Assembly (NCBI RefSeq): GCF_009914755.1
Contig: NC_060935.1
Reading direction: 5' to 3' (one strand)
Source: the human T2T-CHM13v2.0 reference genome, Homo sapiens
Length of the DNA: 64,000 nucleotides
The notes beneath the pieces were generated by a model, which had not been told where the DNA came from, did not search any database, and was given only the letters and a program-made list of their open reading frames with translations. Both the position numbers and the translations under genes were made by a program. Below, piece after piece: positions 54,179 through 64,000 of the stretch. Within the stretch, counting starts at the first letter, position 1. Every line of letters begins with the position of its first letter.

Positions 54179-54989
54179 TTCCCTTTGCTACGTCCAGGGG
54201 AAGAAGAGAGGGACAGTTTATTCCTAGAGTTTTCTCCTTGGAATGATGAAATTTTTCTTGAAATCTCTTTCTTTTTTCCAGCAAACTTTCCCCCACAGGC
54301 ACACTGTATGTCTCACTGGCCCAATCTAGGTCACTTACCTACTTGGGAACCAATCATTGGCAAGGTGAATGGAATTCCCTCTCAGTCTGTCCCTGGGGTT
54401 TGTGCTGGAGGTGGGTCATTGTCCCCTGAGGGGGAACATTTCCTGAGAAAAATTGGGATTTTATTAGGAAGAAAGAGGGGAAATGGATGTTGTAGAGTTG
54501 AAAGGAAGAACCAATGTATCCAGCATTGGTAGAGACTCAAACATGCAATTGTGAAACTCAGTAGCCTGTTTATAGCTGCTGTGCCATTCTGTGTCTTTGC
54601 CAAGACTTCCATTGCTAGAAATTGATTATTGAGGATGGAGAATATAAGTCGTCCACATCTGCTCTTTCTCTCTATCTTCAGGCCCCAATCCTCAAAGAAA
54701 GGGGATTTGAAAGTTTGGTTTGAGGCAGGTTTTTAGAAGTGAAGTAGTTGATTTTTGAAATGCCATGGTCTCCACTAGATAATTTCTACCTTGCTGTCTC
54801 TAGCCTGGAAGAGTGCCATTACACATTCCCCCTGGGTGTCTCAGGAAAGGTCACTTTGGGATGGTCTCCTCCTCGCAGCTTATGGGACTAACTTGATTAA
54901 TAGTATTGCATTTTAGATTTAGAGGACTTTGGAAAGACCTGCTTGACCTCCCTTCGTGGGAATCACAATTTTAGCTGATGTGATAGATT

Positions 54990-55381
54990 GAGGTATTGTT
55001 CAGTAAATCTTCACTCATTTCCCTTCCACCTTGGGACACAGTACACTTCCTGAGTCACTGACTCTGGGCTTGGGCATTGACTTGTTCTGGTCAATGGAAT
55101 GTGATCAGATATGACTCTATCAGAGGCTTTAAATAATGCTTGCACTGTTTGGCTTGGCCTTCTGCTATTCTGACAGCCAACAGAAGAGCATAACTTGGGT
55201 AGCCACTGCCCTTTCTCCCTGTGCTCCAGAATTAGTCACATGGAACAGACACAAACCTGAACTAAGGCAGAATTGCCCTAGTCAACCTGCAGATCTGTAA
55301 GTGAGAAAAAGAAAGGCTTATTTTCCTCAGTCACAAAGTTTTTATTTTGCAGCAGTATTGCAGCAATAGTAGACGGATACA
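54990..55381 (+). mobile_element. MLT1 LTR
   Basis: tacacttcctgagtcactgac...ggtcaatggaatgtga...gcagcagtattgcagcaatagtagacggataca. Confidence 0.6.
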
Positions 55382-55951
55382 GGTGAAATTTGAGGGCATT
55401 CAGCAAAGTGTATGGAGAGTGTAGACAAATTAGATAAGCTGTGAGAATATGTCTCATCGAAGCAGCTCCTGGAATAACAAGTGTTAAGTATGGCTCAGGG
55501 AGGGAAAGACTTGGAGTTGTTTTGGTGAGTTTCTTGGAGCAGCCTAAATTCTAAGAACTTTCTATAAACTGTTTTCTGACCTATTCTCACCAAAACAAGC
55601 ATCAACGCCAAGAAATTACTAAACCATGTGTTTCATCATCAATACGCAAATGTAGAATAATGTAGAAGAAAGAGCACTAGACATGGTGAGGTTTTGGACC
55701 ACAGCTGTGTACTAGTTTAGCTCACGTCTAGTCTGTGGCTTCAGGCATGTCATTTAATTTCTCTCAACTTTACTTTCCTCACCTGCAAGTTAATGGTAGT
55801 TTTAAGAATAAAATTATCAGGCATATCTATGGTTTTCAAACTGTACATTTAGTGATGGGATTTTCTTCAAAGAAAATCAACAGGTAAACCTGAGAACTGA
55901 ATATCACAGTCAGTTTAAACATTCCTTATTTGGAACCAAGTCTTTTACTGT

Positions 55952-58255
55952 TGGTGGTAGTGAGCATGATGGTGGTGGTGGTAGTGGGGATGATGGTGGT
56001 GGTGGTATTGGGGATGATGGTGGTGGTGGTAGTGGGGATGGTGGTGGTGGTGGTATTGGGGATGATGGTGGTGGTGGTATTGGGGATGATGGTGGTGGTG
56101 GTAGTGGGGATGATGGTGGTGGTGGTAATGGGGATGGTGGTGGTGGTATTGGGGATGATGGTGGTGGTGGTAGTGGGGATGGTAGTGGTGATGGTAGTGG
56201 GGATGGTGGTGGTGGTATTGGGGATGATGGGTGGTGGTATTGGGGATGATGGTGGTGGTGGCAGTGGGGATGGTGGTGGTGGTGGTAGTGGGGATGGTGG
56301 TGGTGGCATTGGGGTTGATGGGTGGTGGTATTGGGGATGATGGTGGTGGTGGTATTGGGGATGATGCTGCTGGTGGTATTGGGGATGATGGTGGTGGTGG
56401 TATTGGGGATGATGCTGCTGGTGGTATTGGGGATGATGGCGGTGGTGGTATTGGGGATGATGGTGGTGGTGGTAGTGAGCATGATGGTGGTGGTGGTAGT
56501 GGGGATGATGGTGGTGGTGGTATTGGGGATGATGGTGGTGGTGGTAGTGAGCATGATGGTGGTGGTGGTAGTGGGGATGATGGTGGTGGTGGTAGTGGGG
56601 ATGATGGTGGTGGTGGTATTGGGGATGATGGTGGTGGTGGTAGTGAGCATGATGGTGGTGGTGGTATTGGGGATGATGGTGGTGGTGGTATTGAGGATGA
56701 TGGGTGGTGGTAGTGGGGATGATGGTGGTGGTGGTATTGGGGATGATGGGTGGTGGTAGTGGGGATGATGGTGGTGGTGGTATTGGGGATGATGGTGGTG
56801 GTGGTAGTGAGCATGATGGTGGTGGTGGTATTGGGGATGATGGTGGTGGTGGTAGTGGGGATGATGGTGGTGGTGGTAGTGGGGATGATGGTGGTGGTGG
56901 TAGTGGGGATGATGGTGGTGGTGGTAGTGGGGATGATGGTGGTGGTGGTATTGGGGATGATGGTGGTGGTGGTATTGGAGATGATGGTGGTGGTGGTAGT
57001 GAGGATGATGGTGGTGGTGGTAGTGGGGATGATGGGTGGTGATATTGGGGATGATGGTGGTGGTGGTAGTGGGGATGATGGTGGTGGTGGTAGTGGGGAT
57101 GATGGTGGTGGTGGTATTGGGGATGATGGTGGTGGTGGTATTGGGGATGATGGTGGTGGTGGTAGTGGGGATGATGGTGGTGGTGGTATTGGGGATGATG
57201 GTGGTGGTGGTATTGGGGATGATGGTGGTGGTGGTATTGGGGATGATGGGTGGTGGTAGTGGGGATGATGGTGGTGGTGGTATTGGGGATGATGGGTGGT
57301 GGTAGTGGGGATGATGGTGGTGGTGGTATTGGGGATGATGGTGGTGGTGGTAGTGAGCATGATGGTGGTGGTGGTATTGGGGATGATGGTGGTGGTGGTA
57401 GTGGGGATGATGGTGGTGGTGGTAGTGGGGATGATGGTGATGGTGGTAGTGGGGATGATTGTGGTGGTGGTAGTGGGGATGATGGTGGTGGTGGTATTGG
57501 GGATGATGGTGGTGGTGGTATTGGAGATGATGGTGGTGGTGGTAGTGAGGATGATGGTGGTGGTGGTAGTGGGGATGATGGGTGGTGATATTGGGGATGA
57601 TGGTGGTGGTGGTAGTGGGGATGATGGTGGTGGTGGTAGTGGGGATGATGGTGGTGGTGGTATTGGGGATGATGGTGGTGGTGGTATTGGGGATGATGGT
57701 GGTGGTGGTAGTGGGGATGATGGTGGTGGTGGTATTGGGGATGCTGGTGGTGGTATTGGCGATGATGGTGGTGGTGGTATTGGGGATGATGGTGGTGGTG
57801 GTATTGGGGATGATGGTGGTGGTGGTATTGGGGATGATGGGTGGTGGTAGTGGGGATGATGGTGGTGGTGGTATTGGGGATGATGGGTGGTGGTAGTGGG
57901 GATGATGGTGGTGGTGGTAGTGGGGATGATGGTGGTGGTGGTAGTGGGGATGATGGTGGTGGTGGTAGTGGGGATGATGGTGGTGGTGGTATTGGGGATG
58001 ATGGTGGTGGTGGTATTGGAGATGATGGTGGTGGTGGTAGTGAGGATGATGGTGGTGGTGGTAGTGGGGATGATGGGTGGTGATATTGGGGATGATGGTG
58101 GTGGTGGTAGTGGGGATGATGGTGGTGGTGGTAGTGGGGATGATGGTGGTGGTGGTATTGGGGATGATGGGTGGTGGTATTGGAGATGATGGTGGTGGTG
58201 GTAGTGAGGATGATGGTGGTGGTGGTAGTGGGGATGATGATGGTGGTGGTGGTAT
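55952..58255. repeat. G-rich VNTR, 24-bp unit GGGGATGATGGTGGTGGTGGTA(G/T)T, ~96 units with variant units and higher-order blocks
   Basis: Direct reading of the sequence; ORF starts recur at a 546-bp offset (56704/57250, 56750/57296, 57036/57582). Confidence 0.97.
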
Positions 58256-58535
58256 ATGATTTCAAAGTCTCCAAAAATGTTTCCTTGTCTTCTCTTTCTT
58301 CCAGATCCCTCTCACTGGCTGTGATCTGAAAGCCACAATTAAAGATTTTGTATGTGTGTTTTGGCACACTTCTCAGATTAAAGGGATGAAGAGACTCATC
58401 CATACTCAACAAGTCCACCATAATGACAACACAGTCACTTTTACAGTTCTATGATGTCTCAAAGTGTCTGTACATCACCCATGATTATCCCGTTAGTTAT
58501 GTGGCAATTCTTTGACTCCATGTCAAAGAATGACT

Positions 58536-58589
58536 CCATCATCCCCACTACCACCACCACCATCATCCCCACTACGACCACCACCATCA
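58536..58589 (-). repeat. Inverted copy (~2 units) of the 24-bp VNTR unit
   Basis: ccatcatccccactaccaccaccaccatcatccccactacgaccaccaccatca. Confidence 0.9.
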
Positions 58590-59007
58590 CTATTAGAGCA
58601 GAACAATTTACCATCCTGACCTGGAAGCCTGTTGTGTCCTCTCAAAAGAACACATCATCATTCCGTGGCTTGACATAATGCTGGGCTTCTTTACTCATAT
58701 GTGCTACAAATGGTACCCCAATTTACTCTGTCCCCAAGGGTATTCTCGGTTCACAACTCTGTCTGACAGTGAATAACAATAAGTACGATCAGTTGTTGCA
58801 AAAATAGATTTTACCGTTAGATCAAAACTTGGCAGCAAGCGCATCAAGAACTCCCGTGTGTCCAGCCCACTGCTTTAGAACTACTGCCTTAAGTATATTT
58901 CCACTTTGAAACTCACTCCCCTGATCCTTAGGAGCTGTTTACACTTTAATAAGAATGAGCCCATTAGAGTCCACCCAGAGAGCATTTAATAGGGGCGAAG
59001 TAGAGCC

Positions 59008-59700
<693 letters not shown>

Positions 59701-61139
59701 GAAGAGCTTGAGAATGCAGCAATTGAGTTTAGGGAAGGAAAGGATGTCAAGGGTGTTCAAAGTTTCTTAATTCTCATTTTGTTCAGTGCTAGTCCCATTC
59801 TAAGGCGTGGCTGCTTGGCATAGCAGTTTTTAGTAAAAACCTTAAAGAGGTAGAAGAAGAAATATCACCTCTTGGTGACATATCTAGCACCAACAGGACA
59901 TTTTCACAACTTCAGGCAAGCATTTCTGGCTTGGATGGGGCAGAGCCAGGGGAGCAAATGTCTTGGTAGAGTGGGCTATTGCTTGGCTCCTAATGGGCCC
60001 AGCCAAAGAAGCAAAGGCCTCCCTGCTTGGCCCCCTCATGGGTTGGTAGGCTATGCTGGGTTGAATTTTATATCATCTTAACAAACCAACTGAAGTTATA
60101 ATAAAAAAATTGGAGAGGTTTACTACTTTTATGAAAACTATAAGACATTAAGCACTAATGCTCTATGTATGGGGTTACCTAGTTCAAGATGTCACTTTTT
60201 TTTCTGGGCTGAGGAGAAATGGGGTCTTTGGAAAAAGGTAGATATGGCAGTCTCCTGGCACAGTAAGATCTTTTCACACAGGGGCTTTTGCTGAATGTTT
60301 TGCTTTTTTACTCTGAGAGCTTTTAGTGGTGGATAGCGTTGGAATTTTGGATGTCTATCTATCTTTCTCCTCTCTGAGCTCTAGCCAATTGAGGTATATA
60401 TTTAAGGAGTTCAAAGTATCAACTTATGAATAACAAAAGCTTGGAGACCATCTGAATGTTTGGTAATATGGGAAAGATTAAATATTAATACATTATGGTA
60501 AATCCATACACTGTAACTCTATGTAGCTATAAAAGAGAATGAAGATGCCCCCCTGAATATTCACATGAAAAAAGTGCCAATAAAATGGGAAGGAGTGAGA
60601 GGAGATAACATATTTGCAGTGTCTTTTATATGCATGAAATTTGGAAAGAATCACAAGAAAATACTAATAGGTAGGGCTTGGGAGTAGGAACAGGGTAGGT
60701 GGGAGCGTGGGTGGCAGAGAGAATTTTTACTGAATACCGTTTTTTGAGAAGCACGTAAATATATTCCCTGTATCTACCTAGACATGTAGAGAAAGACTCA
60801 AAGAGGGGAAGACATAGGGGCAACTGATTAAAATTCTTGCTTTGTTCCTCAGATCATGAGTCATCAGAGTGTATCTGACCATGACTTTGGGAAAGGGAAA
60901 AAAGGTGGGGGAAGAAAAGATGGGAAAGTACAAATGGGAGAACAGGGGTTGTGTACTCGGAAGGTAAAGATCACCATCTCCATCTGTTAAACACAGCACT
61001 GCTGTGCTGTCTACATTTCACTCAGCAGGTGTGCTTTACACCAAGTAGGTGCTTGGAAGTATGCCTGCTAAGGGCTGAGCCAGCCAGAGTGTTGTATGAT
61101 CTGTTGGACCAGCTGTTCATTGCCACTCACTTGAGAGGC

Positions 61140-61370
61140 GGTTTAAGGTGATGGATAAGAGCATGGTCTCCTCCATCAGAATAAACCAATGTTCAAGTCC
61201 TGGCTCTGCCACTTACTAAACACGTGGGACTAGGTCCCTATTTCATCCTCTCTGAGCCTCTGTCTTCCCTTGTAAAACAGGAATACTGGTATTACCCACC
61301 TCACTATTATGAAGTATAACATACAGCGTGCACAGCACAGTGTCTGGCCCATTGTAGTTGCTCAATAGCT
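61140..61370 (+). mobile_element. MIR
   Basis: gttcaagtcctggctctgccacttacta...ctctgagcctc...tgtaaaa. Confidence 0.6.
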
Positions 61371-62477
61371 TTTAGTGTTTGCTTTTATGAGTTTGAGTCA
61401 TCTTTGTGGTGAGGATTACAGACCCTGACCCCTCTACTTGAGGTAGAACCAAGTCTATGGTTTCTCAGCCTGGGCAGGGCAACCTGCCCTTTTCTGACTT
61501 TTCTGTGTGATGCAGCAGCTGCATTTCCATTCCAGCTTCCAAGGGCTGAGTGTGGGGGTCTCCAGAGGAGCCGCTTTACTGACAGATGTATCCTCTAGGA
61601 TTCCAGAGGCAATGCCAGATGTCAGTGTGCAGCTGTGTTCACAGAACATCCTATCAATGTTTATTCCCTGTGTAGTTGCAAAGCAAATGGCTTAATGCCA
61701 TTGTAAAAACAACTCTAAAAGTTAATAGTTCTTCTAATAGGAACCCCCTCACCGCCACCTTCAGCAGCACCAAATTGTTAGTTCTCAGTCTTCTGTCTCA
61801 CAGAAAGAAAACCAGATTACACCTTGGTCAAGAAATGTACCTAAAGTTTCCCTCTTGATGATTTAATCTTGGTTGGGGTGAGAAAAAAGCAGGTATCAGC
61901 TGTGCTATTGGGGATTTCCTAACCCTTTATATTATTACATGTTTCATCCTGCCTTGAGGAAGAAGTTTAAGCTACGCCAATATTCGGGGCTCAAAGAGTT
62001 ATGTATGTTTCAAGTTTTCAAAATGTTTGATATATCAAAGATGGTTTTTGTCCTGGTCCCTGCGTTCTGACTGGAGACACTTTGCTTTGTTGGGTAGCCA
62101 AATGCTGCCTCCTTTTGAAGCAGCAGGTGAGCCAATGACAAATGTAATGGGGAGTGGGGCAGAGATGCTCTAAGAATGGAGGGACCTGGGACTGGACATC
62201 TGGCTTGTGAGTCCAAGTTCATTCCCGATGTCTTTTCCTGTATGAAAAAGCCAAGCACCTCAAATTAAGGTTCCAGAAGCAGCCAACCTGTAGTTTTAAC
62301 AGCATGATTGACCTTGTCTGCATTGCCAGTTCAATCTACCTTGAGGAAGAATACTAAATAGAGTTTGCCCATGGTCAACTCAGGAACTAGAGGTGGGAGG
62401 TTAGAAGGCACTGCAATTACTGCCATTGCTGATTTCTCCTCAGTCCACTACACTCTAGGCAGCATGCACTGGGCAGT

Positions 62478-62680
62478 TTGGTGTAGTGGTTCAGATTATG
62501 GGCTCTGAAGCCACACTGCCTGAATTCAAGTCCCAGCAGTGCTCTTATTAACAGCTGTGTGGTTTTGACCTAGTTATTTAAATTCCATGTGCTTCAATTT
62601 CTCTGATGTAAAATGGTGGTTACAATATCTCTACTTCACAGTATTGTGAGGGTTAAATAATTAACATGGGTAAGATACCT
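62478..62680 (+). mobile_element. MIR
   Basis: ggtgtagtggtt...gcctgaattcaagtcccagc...gctgtgtg...tgtaaaatgg. Confidence 0.6.
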
Positions 62681-64000
62681 GTTTGATAGTGAGCAGTGTA
62701 GAAACTTAGTCTCAAATACCCTGTAATGAGTCTTTTCGTTTATTTGTTTAGTACCTGGTACTAAAGAGGACCTAATTCAAATGAATCGTGTAGTTGACAA
62801 GCAGGAACTGAAATAAGTTCCCTGTAAATTATTTACGTAACTTGGATGGGAGGTCAGCTGGTCCCTTGGTCTTGGGCTCCTGTACCCACATGAGCAATCT
62901 CTGTTTTTGCCTTGCAACAGTCCACAGCTAGGGTTAAGTTATCTGGAAAGAATCTCCCCACACATCAGTAAAGTGGACTTGGCTCACAATAAGCTGGTGA
63001 GGTCTGAGGAGGGGGTGAGGGGACGTATATTGCACATACTTCAACACACACGTACATGCACCTGCACATCCCTGCAAACCACTTTCACAACTTTCAGGAT
63101 TTCTTCTCTCCAAAGTCCCACTTGGCTATGTTTTAAGGGTTCCCCTTGATGCCCTTTGCTCCATAGCAGCCTCCAGTGTTGTTTTTGCTCTGCCTCTGGG
63201 GAACTTCAAATTCCTTACTCTTTTTAGTAAGCGGAGCTGTTTAGCTCTGTCCCTGCTCTGACCCTCAATATTACTCCATCATACACATCGCAGCCCAACG
63301 TCTTCAACTAGATTCATTGATGTATGAAGACGGCGCTTTCCTTAAGGTGTCTCAAAGCACTTTGCAGACATCCAAATGTCCATTCCCCATTTAAGTGCCT
63401 GCTCTGTTGTTCACTATCTATGTGACCTTGGGTGAGTTATTTCACCTCTCTGAGTCTCAGGTCACTCAACTGAAAAATGAAGATAATGCAAGGACTGTGG
63501 AGGTTGCTAGGAAGAAGTGAAATCATGACTGCAAAACATAGAACAGCGCCTGGTGTCTAATAGCATCACAATGTATGCTTTTTGTATAACTATATAGCAG
63601 AATCCTTCATCTAAGTTGGATTTCTCACAGTAGAAAATGGGCATTGACAACTTTTTATGATGTGTGTATAAGGACTATAGGGCACAAAGGAGTGAACAGG
63701 GCTATCTAGACGGCAATAGGAACTTTTGCAAGTTACTTAATCACTACACATTAGTCTCCTCCATTGTAAAATGGGGATAGTAATCATACTTATTTATGAC
63801 TGTCGGGGAGATGAAATGAGATACTGCATGCAAAAACAGAGTCTAGTCCAATGTAAGAATTTAGAAAAGCATAGCTATTATTATTAAAAGCATATGTTTT
63901 TAATTGAACTATTAGGATAAGAAAGCATATTTGCCTCCTTTCCTGATGTATTTTGTATTTTGATTTGATGTATAGATGTATTTTGGAAATCCCGATGTTA

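Noticed and set aside
55910-58259. Many long ORFs (MVVVV/GDDGGGG, TTTTII, PPPPSS, HHHHP) resembling mucins, extensins or His-rich proteins
   Set aside because: All are translations of one 24-bp tandem repeat in several frames; there is no splice structure or domain, and the ORF length follows from composition
58254-58421. Leader peptide LLSMDESLHPFNLR reminiscent of the piggyBac 'DE..F.GR' motif
   Set aside because: The match is too short and the downstream conserved residues are missing; it cannot be supported without a profile search

Overview
Primate DNA, almost certainly human given a full-diagnostic AluYa5. The window holds the complete COMMD9 gene on the minus strand. Its six coding exons (35755 down to 20618) were assembled by hand from GT-AG junctions into a 198-aa protein, with a CpG-rich promoter near 35.65-36.15 kb and two candidate poly(A) signals. 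From recalled gene order (LDLRAD3 - COMMD9 - PRR5L, chr11p13), the left ~18 kb is intergenic and the right part is probably the non-coding first exon and first intron of PRR5L on the plus strand. The rest is typical mammalian repeat landscape: Alus, L1M/L1PA, L2, MIR, MaLR/ERVL/ERV1 LTRs and MER1A. I found no credible evidence of a new protein-coding system, and the long ORFs at 56-58 kb are by-products of a tandem repeat. The most unusual features are structural: (1) a 2.3-kb G-rich 24-mer VNTR with higher-order structure and a nearby inverted copy; (2) a perfect 23 x 32-bp AT-rich palindromic minisatellite in COMMD9 intron 1; (3) a 40-bp-arm hairpin that appears to have been made by template switching; (4) two local duplications inserted into older repeats; (5) a degraded two-LTR ERV remnant with a tRNA-Ser-like primer-binding site (PBS); (6) a very young AluYa5; (7) inverted Alus flanking a frame-preserving, stop-free COMMD9 exon 3-5 block. 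Repeat subfamily names come from remembered consensus sequences, and boundaries of old repeats are approximate. TSD = target-site duplication.
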